From contig CM119386.1 in NCBI GenBank assembly GCA_051294905.1, positions 22,320,001-22,384,000 on the forward strand: 64,000 nucleotides of DNA, given 5' to 3'. Under the pieces are notes generated by a model that was given only the letters and a program-made list of their open reading frames with translations, was not told the origin of the DNA and made no database searches. Numbering within the stretch: position 1 is the first letter of the stretch; each line of letters begins with the position of its first letter. Made by a program: the position numbers and the translations under genes. This DNA is from Botryllus schlosseri. Taxonomy: Eukaryota. Shown in pieces: positions 1 to 12,890 of the stretch.

Positions 1-895
1 CGAATTCGATGTACTGTTTCATAAGCGTGTTGTTCATGCCTATCAGTGCTACCGGCAAAGCCTCTGTTAAAAAGTGCTGCTCTGTTCGCACAGCGTCCCT
101 GACGATATGCAGCGCTTGGTCTGCATTCACTTTTTCCATAAGGTGGTGGTACATCAAACAGGCAAAGTCGCAATGTAGGCCCTCGTCCCTGCTAATAAGT
201 TCGTTCGAAAACGTCAGACCCGGCATCAACCCACGCTTCTTCAACCAAAAAATAGCGGCAAACGATCCGCTGAAGAACACGCCCTCAACGCATGAAAACG
301 CAATTAGGCGTTCGGCGTACGTCGACTCACGGTCATGTATCCAACGTAGTGCCCAATCTGCTTTATCGCGCACGCACGGCATAGTATCGACGGCGTTAAA
401 TAGAAAACTGCGTTCGGCCGGATCCTTTATGTACGTCTGAATCAGGAGAGAGTACATCTCCGAATGGATATTTTCCATTGCGATCTGGAAGCCATAAAAA
501 AACCTGGCTTCTGGTACTTGAACCTCACATGCGAACCGTTCGACCAGATTTTCATTGACTATTCCATCGGACGCGGCAAAAAAAGCTAATACATTCGATA
601 TAAATTTTCGCTCGGACCCGTTCAGTTTGCTCCAATCCTCCATATCTTTGCCCAGATCTACTTCCTCCACCGTCCAAAAAGAGGCCACAGCTTTCTTGTA
701 CATTTTCCAGATTTCATGGTACTTGATCGGAAAGATAACAAAGCGCTTCGTATTTTCGACGAGCATTGGCTCCCGTTCCACGTCTAATCGCGTTTCTTTC
801 TTTTCCTGATCTAATTGATCGCTAGAGTCGGCCGATACGTCCGTTCGAAAAGCGGTATCGGAAATGGAAGGACTGTCACAACGGATTGCCTGCAT
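1..895 (-). CDS. RRM2: Ribonucleotide-diphosphate reductase small subunit (class Ia R2), intronless, 3' end truncated by the window edge
   Basis: Manual translation of the minus strand from ATG at 895 gives 298 stop-free codons: MQAIRCDS...[40 protein letters not shown]...[13 protein letters not shown]...[14 protein letters not shown]...[44 protein letters not shown]...MKQYIEF. The di-iron ligands (D, ExxH, E, ExxH) and radical Tyr are present. In-frame TGA upstream at 928-926. The ORF track missed it because the stop lies outside the window. Confidence 0.97.
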   Translation of the reverse strand, partial: MQAIRCDSPSISDTAFRTDVSADSSDQLDQEKKETRLDVEREPMLVENTKRFVIFPIKYHEIWKMYKKAVASFWTVEEVDLGKDMEDWSKLNGSERKFISNVLAFFAASDGIVNENLVERFACEVQVPEARFFYGFQIAMENIHSEMYSLLIQTYIKDPAERSFLFNAVDTMPCVRDKADWALRWIHDRESTYAERLIAFSCVEGVFFSGSFAAIFWLKKRGLMPGLTFSNELISRDEGLHCDFACLMYHHLMEKVNADQALHIVRDAVRTEQHFLTEALPVALIGMNNTLMKQYIEF

Positions 896-3499
896 CGCGC
901 AAAAATTAACTATAGAAGTTCTCCTTCAAAAACAAGAGAAGTTACATTCGGGAGTGCCGTCACTCCTAATCTCGGTGTCTGCACTCGTTCCTACACATTG
1001 GTGTGCTTTGAAAACGAAGCGACTGCGATCAACCACAATAATCCTCCGTCGATTTAAACATTACGATGAACTCGTGTATTAAAGCTCTTGAACGGACACG
1101 AGAAATCATGTCATAGCATGAGAACACAGTCACTTGACTGATTCCATGTAATGGGAGTGCTGCCGTACAGATTTGGCAACGGCGTAAGCCGTACACTGTG
1201 CACTGTGCAGTAAACCGACCGGTTCACACGGTTAACCGCAGACATTATAACGAACAACACCGCCTGCGACTGCTTATACCATAATTCGATACCGACTCAC
1301 ACCGGAATAGTGTAGGTGTTATATAATCCGCGGTGATAGCATGTTACCTGGCCAGCATAAATACGAGCGTTTCAGACAGCATATAACTATAATGATACCA
1401 CCGACGCACGAAAGTCAGTATAGTAACTCTTACTTCGAATGACAGCAAGCACCCGGTACGGGGACGCAGCTCCTACATAACGTAAGCGTTACAAGCCTCC
1501 AACTAAATGCAGAAACAATAACAAGGCGAAGAAATACGATGAGCAACCGGTACCACTGCCAGTGGCCGTGACCCGAACAACGCATTCATGTTACGCGAAA
1601 AGCTACCAGCACCAATGTATAGTAACCATCAAACGCGCGATCGAACTCAACGCGCTACTTCCTACAAAAGGGTTCCATAGCGGTTCCACACTGACGGCAC
1701 CCAGGCATCCGCGTATGCAAGGCTCTCCTGAAAGCGGCATGTGATAACAGGCATAATAATGAGTTTCTAATAAGCATAGTTGCAGGTATAACAGTACATC
1801 CTCATCGCTACCGACTGATCGCTATTATCCTTCCAGCATTATGGCGCGACACCTGCTGTGAGAGTGATCGACGCGATAACCCATACAGTCGCGAACACGA
1901 TGCAATGCGAGCGATCGGCTGCAAATCTGTTCATTATTGCGGATGCGCACCCTTCTAAGTGATTAGTCTAATAGTAGGCAATCAAACCGTCTTGATTACG
2001 CCATTCGTTATAGCGACATCTTCGTAAACACCTCGCTTTGGCCACAGTATGAATGTGCGCGATATGACATTTACTCGGTATTTATCTGCCACGACAGTAA
2101 CCGTCATTTCACGACGCATCTATTACAAGCAGATCATGACACTGGCCGTGAACTGCTGACAACCCATCTTTCCTCGCCGTTGAGGGATAGTTTAGTAAAG
2201 TCTCTTAAGAATATTGGGATATTGATCGAACTTACTTCTTGGAATTTGTTGATAAAAAATGCTTGGCGGATGTTTAATAGAATAGCATAACGCTAGTATT
2301 ACAACACTGAACACTGATGAGGAGTTCGCATCAATGGAGCCAGAATGATGGGATATGCTATCCTGGATGATACCAATAGTCGTTTAGGGCACGTCGGCAT
2401 GCAGAACCGCTGTACAATGTATAGCTCTATACATTTACCGACCGCTCTAGTTGTACGTGATAGCATTGACGGACTATACAAGTCTCGCATACCTCTCTAC
2501 GTAGAGATCATAACATCGGGGTGAATGGTCGCGTGTGTTTGTATGTATTTTCTTGCCAATACGGTAACGTGTAATGATAGTGTCCATAGCCGAACAAGCG
2601 TCTCCACACTTGTATGTGATTTGTATGTATAACTTTTCGCGTGCGTTTGTAAATATATTAGGAAATTGCCTCGATATATGGCGATCGTGCCGATCCGAGA
2701 AAGATCTCAGAATCGTTGAACGGAATTCTGTCATAGCTGCAGTTCGGGCAATACGCTAATGTGACTGCCTATCGCCGACGAAGTCCCTAAAATAACGCAC
2801 AGCGTATTGTACTGACACCACGATATCGTTTTCCGGCCGCAATCAGCAGTCCGTTCCTATAGAGGAGCACAAACAGTTATCATTATGATAAACGGAATGC
2901 ACGTCCTGATTCCCACGAAGCCACGAGCGGATGACAATCGACATTGCGTCATTGTTGATTATCGAACTACGTCACTATAAAAAAGCTCTTGCCATATAAA
3001 AAATGAACGCAACAATCTGTACATCGTTAACATATCGAGAACCGCGTAAATGATGACCTGTTACATTTGATATGATTATAAAAATGAGTGCCACGTAATG
3101 GAATTAACTTGACACTCTACATTGGTATGTTCTAACTGAGCTTATCCTACAAGTTAGCGACATGACTTAGTGGACTGGTATTGAGCTTTTTCAGCAATTA
3201 CATAACGGCAAATGTTAAAGCCGTAGTACGCCTTTTACAAACGTAACGTGTTAAAATCAACTGCAGTACAGGGACAGTGTCTTCTCAATCATTTTATTCT
3301 CTTGTTGCCATGAGCATCAAGTACTGACTGAAGCATGGGAACTTCGTTTGTTTTAATCACAAATTTGTAAAGACATTCAGCATTGAGGGGGATAGAGCAG
3401 TAACTGTGTGGAATGTACTACATCAGTTACTATTGAATTGTAATTCATCGAGTCACCGACACGTTGTTACCGGCATCATGCAGGTATTCTTTCGCGGAC

Positions 3500-3625
3500 C
3501 ATTCTTGTTTTTTTCAAGAGCCCCAATATCGGATAAACACTTCCGGCCTGAAGATATCATAACGCCATGTGCTACTGTAAAACGTCACTTGAAGTGGGGA
3601 ACCATACCTTGCCTCAATTTGTCAA
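3500..3625 (+). pseudogene. Possible degenerate THAP-domain C-terminal half (transposon-associated remnant)
   Basis: Within ORF 3406-3708, ISDKHFRPEDIITPCATVKRHLKWGTIPCLNL resembles the THAP pattern CxxHF...RxxLKxxAVPTxF. The N-terminal CxxxxC/W part was not recognisable. Confidence 0.3.
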
Positions 3626-5213
3626 ACGCCACGTCAATATCATCCCCACCAGGGAAAGAGCCAGTTCCAACAGAAGCTTGGCATAACAATATATTATCAG
3701 AATGCTGACCGCTTGAAAGGGGATGCATCTCTTATTCCAGCCAGGGTAACTTTAGAATAAGGTTGGAAGCTAGTTTAGAGCGTACTTACTGTTCACTTTA
3801 TGGCTGGGTCGCATATGAAGGCGAGGGAAAGCCGTATCTTGATGTGGAGGAATATTGTCATATGGAAAGTCAACTTAGATTCGTTTTTGATTTCCTGCCA
3901 AGTCCCGCAGGAGTGTACAAATAAACAAATTGACAAAATGATTGAGCAACTATCAAATGCTCTAGGTAAATGGAACTTATGTAGGTCATGAATCTTTAGA
4001 ATTGAAATCTAATGGTGGGTTCCGATAATCTGCAAAGACTGAGAGTACGTGATAATATTCATTCGACTTGAGACACCATTGTGAGTCGTCATGCTATACT
4101 CAGTTGGAATGTAAGCAATATGTCAGTGGGAGAGACTTTCGGTGTCCCGTTTGCAATTTCGTTGGTAACAATAGCATCGAAGTTCGTATTTTTTTATGTT
4201 ATTTAGGTATCAACATGAGAGCAGTTTCGGGCCGTAATCCATTATCGAATTCAATGAAGTGTTCAGAATATCAAAGAGCACGAGACATTTGCCCGAAATA
4301 ATATAAAGTTCTGCTTGTAGTGAGAAAAAAAAAAGGTCTTAACCTCGAACTTTTGTTCTCAACGTGGGAATTATTTGTGCAGAGACCTTGTAAGCACGGC
4401 GCTGAACAATAACATTGATATTGACCCAACATTGATAGATTAGCAGCAGGGGACTGAGTTTCGTCGAAATTATTATTTAATAAATCCTTACAACCCAACA
4501 TTGATAGCGTGTGAGTCCTATATTCGTTAATCGGCAGCAGAAACCGCTAACAAGTCCAATAAATAACATGAATCACCCAGGGTCCGCCCTTAAGTCAAGA
4601 TAAAAAAGGGTAATGTCCAAAGTTTCACCTTACATTTTATCAGAACGGCGCAACTTTGGACACGGATAATTTGCAAAATCACGGCACTCATTCATGACCA
4701 GTAACATTTTGAAACAGTCGATTGTAATATGTGACCAAGAAACCGTTACAGACACAAAGCTTGCCTCTCCGTGCGCAGTCACTCATAAGATATTACGGTA
4801 CTCTATTTAAGCGACTTTCGATGCGAAATATGCATTTCGCTTTTGGATATAAACCTGACACATAATCATACCAAGCTCCCGCTTTCCTGATGTCATATGT
4901 GGTTAAGCTTCTATTCTTGTTGACATCGATTACTCAACACGAGAAATATAATGCGGTGGTAGTTTTCTTTTTTCATTATCGGCGACGGCTACCGTAAGGT
5001 AGGCATTGCGGAGGTTAAAGTCCTATGTGAAATTGCTTGCGCACTCCCATAACACGCCCTGCGGCCATGAACTCGGTGAAATTCCATTTTATTTCCGTGA
5101 GGCGTTTTGATCGCCCGTATCTTTCTTTCAGTTTCTGAAGACGATCGTCTCCTGCGTTCTACGCAGTGCTCCAGGATCGAATCCGAATGATTACAGAAAG
5201 CCCACGTTTCACG

Positions 5214-5565
5214 GTAAACGTTGCTGTTGTTTTCTTACGTTGTAATATGCTACAGGTACCTCGCTTGCTTGAGTACCGGTGATTAAGCTGGGAAAAACAG
5301 CCTGTAACGCGAGCTATGTTTAGATGTCCCGCGTGAAGCGCAATTATTACTCCTTGTCAATTTCATTAAAGATCTCAAAGCAAATCTCGTATTTTCTTCG
5401 TGCAATGTTGCAAGCCCGAAACCGTGTGAACGTGGAGAGCCAGGACCCTCCAGGTAAGTATTACTGTTGTTTCCTTACGTTGTAAGGTGCTGCAGTTGAG
5501 CTCACGTACGTGAATGCCGGTAATTGAGTCGTAAAACGCAGCCTAGGACACGAAGCTGTGCTTAG
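5214..5565 (+). repeat. Two diverged ~110-bp direct repeats at 240-bp spacing, each bounded by GT...AG
   Basis: 5214-5323 (gtaaacgttgctgttgttttcttacgttgtaa...gctatgtttag) and 5454-5565 (gtaagtattactgttgtttccttacgttgtaa...gctgtgcttag), roughly 70% identical by eye. Confidence 0.55.
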
Positions 5566-5814
5566 TAAACCGTTACGTTTATATAGCTACGTCTCACAGC
5601 CAAATAATATTTAGGCGTATGAAAAATCACGTCATGTATAATTTTGTCCTATCAGCGTCATCACAGCGGTGAATCCAGCACTATTAGCTATATCTGTAAT
5701 GAACGGTTAGAAGACTCCTGGCTCGGCAAGAGATGCGACACTTTACCCCTGTCGGGCTTATACACACAAAAAAGTCAACAAACTTCAGAAAAATGAAAAC
5801 AACTAACAAATCTA

Positions 5815-7629
5815 AGAGATGTGAAGTATCGACAAGCGCCGATTTACTGCCGATCGCCTATTCAAAATCCGATAAACATGTCAAAAACATTTCAAAATAA
5901 TTAAATGCAGAAAACGAATCCGAGGATCCTGCAATTCATGTGAGCGACCGATTACAGGACCCTACCGGTTCTATGACCCCCCACGGCACCCCTTCTAACA
6001 TTTTCCCACGTTCTCTAGACAGCGTAGAACATTTACGGTGACCGGCGATCACGGCTCAGTCGGGAGATCGAGCAAGACCTATAGCGAATTTGAGATGAGA
6101 AGTCTGGACAAGCGCCCATTTACTGCCGATCGCCTATTCAAGATCCGATAAAAATTTAAAAAATATTTCAAAATCATTAAATGCAAAAAACGAATCCGAG
6201 GCTCCTGCAATTCGTGTGAGCGACCGATTACAGGACCCTACCGGTTCTATGACCCGCCCACCGCACCCCTTCAAAAATTTTCCCACGTTCTCTAGACATC
6301 GTATAACATTTACGGTGACCGGCGATCACGGCTCAGTCGAGAGATCGAGCAAGACTTCTCATCTCAAATTCGCTATAGCGAATTTGAGATGAGAAGTCTG
6401 GACAAGCGCCCATTTACTGCCGATCGCCTATTCAAGATCCGATAAAAATTTAAAAATATTTCAAAATCATTAAATGCAAAAAACGAATCCGAGGCTCCTG
6501 CAATTCGTGTGAGCGACCGATTACAGGACCCTACCGGTTCTATGACCCGCCCACCGCACCCCTTCAAAAATTTTCCCACGTTCTCTAGACATCGTATAAC
6601 ATTTACGGTGACCGGCGATCACGGCTCAGTCGAGAGATCGAGCAAGACTTCTCATCTCAAATTCGCTATAGCGAATTTGAGATGAGAAGTCTGGACAAGC
6701 GCATATTTACTGCCGATCGCCTATTCAAGATCCGATAAAAATTTAAAAATATTTCAAAATCATTAAATGCAAAAAACGAATCCGAGGCTCCTGCTATAGC
6801 GAATTTGAGATGAGAAGTCTGGACAAGCGCATATTTACTGCCGATCGCCTATTCAAGATCCGATAAAAATTTAAAAATATTTCAAAATCATTAAATGCAA
6901 AAAACGAATCCGAGGCTCCTGCAATTCGTGTGAGCGACCGATTACAGGACCCTACCGGTTCTATGACCCGCCCACCGCACCCCTTCAAAAATTTTCCCAC
7001 GTTCTCTAGACATCGTATAACATTTACGGTGACCGGCGATCACGGCTCAGTCGAGAGATCGAGCAAGACTTCTCATCTCAAATTCGCTATAGCGAATTTG
7101 AGATGAGAAGTCTGGACAAGCGCCCATTTACTGCCGATCGCCTATTCAAGATCCGATAAAAATTTAAAAATATTTCAAAATCATTAAATGCAAAAAACGA
7201 ATCCGAGGCTCCTGCAATTCGTGTGAGCGACCGATTACAGGACCCTACCGGTTCTATGACCCGCCCACCGCACCCCTTCAACAATTTTCCCACGTTCTCT
7301 AGACATCGTATAACATTTACGGTGACCGGCGATCACGGCTCAGTCGAGAGATCGAGCAAGACTTCTCGCTATAGCGAATTTGAGATGAGAAGTCTGGACA
7401 AGCGCATATTTACTGCCGATCGCCTATTCAAGATCCGATAAAAATTTAAAAATATTTCAAAATCATTAAATGCAAAAAACGAATCCGAGGCTCCTGCAAT
7501 TCGTGTGAGCGACCGATTACAGGACCCTACCGGTTCTATGACCCGCCCACCGCACCCCTTCAAAAATTTTCCCACGTTCTCTAGACATCGTATAACATTT
7601 ACGGTGACCGGCGATCACGGCTCAGTCGA
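5815..7629. repeat. Tandem array of a ~293-bp unit (1 diverged, 5 near-identical and 1 truncated copy) with palindromic junctions
   Basis: Units start with CTATAGCGAATTTGAG at 6079, 6373, 6666, 6794, 7087 and 7369, plus a diverged copy from ~5815. The 48-bp perfect palindrome AGACTTCTCATCTCAAATTCGCTA|TAGCGAATTTGAGATGAGAAGTCT lies at 6352-6399, 6645-6692 and 7066-7113. Confidence 0.97.
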
Positions 7630-8720
7630 CAAGCAAGTGAGTTTTTGCCGTAGAGTGGGTGTAGATGCGTTTCTTAATCTGTTAATTGTAAACATATTAT
7701 TTGAGGTTCTAAGCTGTCACTAAGTGGATGTTAGGACCGTTAACGATCGATGGGTATCAACGATAAAGAACCGTTCGCATACCTGTTATCAGCGGGACAA
7801 AACAAATGAATGTTTCAACATACTATAAACTTTGCGTCAGCTCGTTAACCAATTCGAACGAAGATAAAACAATAGGTCGCAGACTAGTCGCGCCGTCAGC
7901 AATTTCAAGTTCGCATTGCTACATAACAGGACTACAAGTCCCTATGCTCTAATCACGCGAGAAAGCAAACATCAAATCGGAGAGCCGCACAAGCCATGGT
8001 TATCGTGGCTGAGTATCTCCGAGAGAGTTCCGATGCTCAAGACAGTCGAAGAAAGGTGCCGGAGCGTTTGTAGGTGAAACAAACCAAATAAATGTTGGAA
8101 CATGCCATAAAAGGTTGCGTGATCTCGTTAACCAATTGAAGTGAAATAACGGCACTGGGTTATTCTTCTCTGTACCAGTTATGCCAGCTTGCGAATGCAT
8201 AGATGTCAAGATCCGTTTTCGAACACCAATGACGTATCCTTGGTGCGTAAGGGCATCGACGTGAAACATTGCTTACCGAGGACATTTGCGAATAAATCAC
8301 CAATATCAGGCAGGATACTGCAAAGATTCAAAAAGTAACAATCGATAATATTAACCCTGTTGCTGTTGCCTAAACCGCGGTATAATGACAAGTTCGAAGC
8401 AAAAGATAAAACTTTTTCATAGTTCGAACTTGTAATTTCGTTGAAGTTAGAATGAAACCAACCAGTAAAACAAAAAATCGTTCACGGTACGTGGATAACC
8501 CCAACTGTGTTACTCATTCATTATCATAAATATCTAAGTGGCACAGCCACGATCTCTAACGTGCCTTACAGTACTTGTTACCGTTATTTTTTACGTACTT
8601 AGTCAACGAACAAAATAGCAAAGTGGTGTAGCTAAAGCATTACTTTATTCATGTAATTTTTTGGAAAAACCTTAATCCTTATTAATGGCTTAGCAGTGAT
8701 ATACTCATATAGATACATAG

Positions 8721-9665
8721 TAGGGATGGTGTGAACCTATTGAAGGTTCAGGCTCGTGTGAACGTGACCTTTTTGGAAAGGTTCTGTGTGAACACGAACG
8801 CGAACCTTCTGACGTCACCTGACGTCATATTGCTAATTTAAACCCATATTTCAATTAGGTGATTCCCTATATTAATCTACTGTAAACGTTACCGAGCGAC
8901 GACTCGGGGCCACATAAGAGCTCAGCACTTAAGTACATATGACTTTGAAACGTCGCCGAATGTATCAAATGGCGCAATCAAATGATATAATAATCCCATA
9001 AATTCAGTATCTTGCGTCGCTTTGCCGACAATTTCGACCTGATCGGACAATGTATTCGGCGTCTGAGTATTGCCACACGGATATTGAGCAGAGTGTAAAT
9101 GGGATTCTATAGTTGCTACCGATTAACAAGTTATACAGCAGTATAGCTAAAACCCCAGTCGTACGAATTTAGTCATTATGACATACTATACATATGTAGT
9201 CAAGGTTGACATCGTACGCCTGCTAGATTCTTTACATAAGAAGACGATATCAACTTCATTGATTGGTTGAATAAGGATCATTTCCTGACAAAATACAGTG
9301 TATTTTGCTCTTGATGTCATGTGATTGCGGGTCAAGCTCACAGCACAGAGACACTAACTATGCACAAACGGAGGGTTGCATATTTCGAGCAAACTTTTGT
9401 AACAACACAAGTAAATTGTTGAGATTGTCAAGGGCATACTCGTTTAGTGTTGAATGTTTATGCTGTCAGCCCCATGCATAGAGTGGCCCGCAGATGAAAG
9501 TCAATAATGTTGAACCAAAGATGTTATAATGAAGTGAAAATTGCAATATATGAAAAAGGTTCACAGTGCAGAACCTACCAAGGTTATGTTGTGAACGCGA
9601 ACCTCACATTTTCTGACGTTCACATACAGAACAACAACGTGAACCTCACGTTCACACCATCCCTA
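8721..9665 (+). mobile_element. Non-autonomous hAT element (MITE), TAGGGATGG-end family, copy 1
   Basis: 16-bp TIRs TAGGGATGGTGTGAAC / GTTCACACCATCCCTA. Perfect 8-bp TSD ATACATAG (8713-8720 and 9666-9673). Subterminal GTGAAC/GTTCAC repeats. Confidence 0.92.
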
Positions 9666-9775
9666 ATACATAGGCTAACAGGAGATAGCGTAGCCCGGAC
9701 GTAGACACTTCAAGCCCACAAGTCAACAGAGCTAATAATTTCCTTCGTCATGCTGTCATTTTAATGCCATTCTAG

Positions 9776-10815
9776 TCAGATATATGTGACGTTACAATTA
9801 TTTGTCTTATCGGAATAAGTGTAACCATTCTCGCCGATTCGATCAATACCGAAATTATCCTCCAGGCGACGCAAGCCCTAGCTCTCTTCTGGACAACGCA
9901 ATCACTGATTTATATATATAATTGAATCCGCTCCGTTGTATGCGAAGACGGAAGCGTCATACTTTTGAAAGTCAATGATGCCTATCTCTAAAGTTCTGTC
10001 GAGCCTAGAACGCTTATAATACTTAACGTCGCATAGGCTATATGGCGGCATTCTTGATAACCCGGCCCAGAAAGTTATACATTTTTGAATTTCGTTGCAT
10101 AACTATCCGATGTGCGTACATTCTTAAGCAAAATATTAAACAAATGTGTTAGACTGTATGTCTTAATTTAATGTGCCAATACATGGAATTTGATTGTAGC
10201 AACCGGGGGGGGGGGGTATGTAAAACTATTCCCCCGATATCCGAAAGGCATTATTCCCTATGACCGTCGATAGGCGTGGTCAGGAGAGCGTTAGTACATT
10301 CGAATTGTCCACGGAATCTGATATCTGGCAGGTATCTATTCGCATTCGTGAAATATATTTTCCGCAATGGCAACTGGGACCCCCTCCTGAAACAGTTTTA
10401 TGCGTAGAGGTTTTACATAAGCTATACTTGTAATAAATAGTATGATAAAGGTTTCCGACTAAGTCTATGGAAGTCGACGTAACGGGATCGCAGTGCCTGA
10501 CAACCGATTCACGGCAATAGTTGGACAAACACCACAGTGGTACAATTGTCCATAGCGCCGTATCTGCGAACGTAATACGGTGGTGTGATTGTCCATCGAA
10601 AACCTTTCCCTTCTTTAGCAACAGGCCTTCACGTATAGGTAAAATACACTTAAAGTGGTCCACGTTGACGTGGAAAATAATCCAGATGTGCTTCCATTGA
10701 ATTGAACATTTTTCTGCACGCACTTCGGCGCACTGTAACCCTTTTAAAATAGGACTGCGAATGTGCAACCGAGCAACTTCATGTGGCCAGATATTTGATT
10801 GTTCATGTCCTAGCT
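9776..10815 (-). pseudogene. Candidate decayed protein-coding frame of unknown function, ending at a MITE junction
   Basis: ORF 10768-10280 (162 aa) is open back to the MITE junction at 10815. The same frame resumes at ~10110-9776 (LCNEIQKCITFWAGLSRMPPYSLCDVKYYKRSRLDRTLEIGIIDFQKYDASVFAYNGADSIIYINQ*LRCPEES*GLRRLEDNFGIDRIGENG...) with sparse stops. No family recognised. Confidence 0.3.
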
Positions 10816-12112
10816 CAGGGGTTCTCAGCCCTTACTTGCCGGCGACCCGTTTCTGGTTTGAAAATGTGCTGTGGCCCACCTCTAATTGTACAGTCACGGT
10901 CCTGTTCAATGCGTGACAATCGACGGCGCCGACATGCCTATTGTTCTAACATATGCCCACTTTTATTGGTCACGTTTGAGAAATTAACAACTCGAGGCCT
11001 CAATCCGTGCAAAGCGCGACGAAAATTTCCAAGTTGAGTGAATATATTCCAACAAACCTCCAATGAAAGAATCTTGATCCCATTCCGGATCCCCGATTGT
11101 GGGTTTTGGTGCGGGATTGACGTGTCTGCTAAACCATGTGCTGCAAAGTATCAGTATTATATTATCGTCCGATGCTCCGTTCGCTTTGCGAGACAACACG
11201 GTCGAATATCCGCATACGATGTGACTGTGTGCTTGGAATTTCAGTATCATTATTGAGGGGAATAATATAACCCTTCCAGGCCAGCATCCAGACGTCATTA
11301 GTGAATGGGGTACTGCAGAGCAGTGGGAAAGATGTTCTTAATATGCATGCTGTACAATGTACATTTTATGTCACGTACCGAAGCCACTGAAGTTGCGATG
11401 TCGGGATATTCGCTCCAATTATACCATCAATTCAGGTAACACTTACATTATGTACATTGATTTCCATGTAGGCATTTTAAACACACTCCAAATATTTTTG
11501 CGCTCCACTGACTACTCAATTCATCACTACTCGTTGCGGTGATTCAGTATGCCACGGGATATCTAGAAGTGCTAGAAGTTCTAGATAGTCCTCAGTATAC
11601 CTCCATCGGAGGCTACTCATCATTTGCAGTTATGGCCATTGTCAACTTCTAATAATACGACGTGCCGAAGAACAGTAAATCTGTACAACAATTACACGTC
11701 ATTCCTTGTTCATTGCACACCCATCTCGACAGCATACGACAGTATGACCCTGGCGGAACACTCGATTCTTTCAGCATTGCCTTCCTGGTATGATTTTACA
11801 CGCGAAACTGTTTTAGTAGCTGTTAGCAATAGGTAGCCATGGATTGTAAGCGAGAAAAGACGCCGTTTCTGCTTCCTGTTTCCGACGTGAAATTCTGACT
11901 CCATACGTATGAGTACGTCTCATCAGAATCGGGTGAAAAGATGTATCTATCCTACGTATAATTAACTAATATGAATTTATTTTTTAGCAAGTAAGAAAAT
12001 AAATATTGCGAAACGAACATAATTTTAAAAATTTTCCCATTAGCTTTGTGGTCCACCTCACATGCTCTTGTGGCCCATCATTAGGCCACGGCGCGCCCTT
12101 TTACAACCCCTG
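10816..12112 (+). mobile_element. Non-autonomous hAT (Buster/Charlie-like) element, aged
   Basis: Left end CAGGGGTTCTC, right end ACAACCCCTG, degenerate TSD TCCTAGCT/TCCTATAC. The left ~150 bp (AAAATGTGCTGTGGCCCACC...) is homologous to the element at 47950. Confidence 0.65.
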
Positions 12113-12890
12113 TCCTATACGCTTCGTCTTTTTTTGTATGGGAAGGTGGGAGTATTTTGATTCTTATTATAGCAGGTTTATACGTATAAGTCGAATCTTT
12201 TTTGAATATCAACGATTGTACCCGAGACGCGTGGCCTGAAATAGATGAGTCACGCGCAAGAAATACGTCCGCAAACTTCATGCGCAAATGTACACATTGA
12301 CATACGGATATTTCACAGATTGTGTGTGCATAACGCATGTATCATGGCACTATATGGAAAGACGACGATCCACTAATATATTTGAAACAAAAATTAGACT
12401 CGATGAATTCTATAGACAGGCAGTTGGTAGCCGAAACAATTTATTAGGCCCCGCGTATGTTGTTGCACAATAACCAATGCACATAAATACCCTCATTTGA
12501 ACTGATAATGTATCATGTTATGTCACAAATGAAACTTACGTGTACACTGTACACTGTTTGTGGCAAGGCATTGAAATTTCATTCATATCAGCTTTATGAT
12601 TCGTTTCAAATGAATATATGACTGCACGATAGCACAGCCGTCGGATAATACGCCTACCGAAAGTGTGAACAGCCTGGTCAGCATGCCCTACGTAATAACG
12701 ATATGAATAATGCTACCGAATTGATTGATGTTTTGTCAAAAATATAATATCATTAACTGCGAAGTAGGTTATATTTGAGAACACAGAACGATGTCAGCAG
12801 AGTTCACGCCGTATCATAAACACAAAACTACTGACCAAAACAGACACTGTCCCGCCTTCAGCAGACCATGGCGCTATGATACCTTTCGTG

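Noticed and set aside
9-809. Plus-strand ORFs 9-440 and 555-809
   Set aside because: They are antisense shadows of the RRM2 coding sequence on the minus strand.
3085-4692. AATGAGTGCC inverted 10-mer as TIRs of the THAP-like remnant
   Set aside because: The match does not extend, and no TSD was found.
5815-7629. CRISPR-like interpretation of the array (palindromic repeat plus spacers)
   Set aside because: The sequence between palindromes is identical from unit to unit (no unique spacers), units are ~293 bp, the context is eukaryotic and there are no cas genes.
6373-7723. Repeated 68-aa minus ORFs and 72-aa plus ORFs
   Set aside because: By-products of the tandem repeat unit. No recognisable domain, and the truncated and deleted units do not preserve them.
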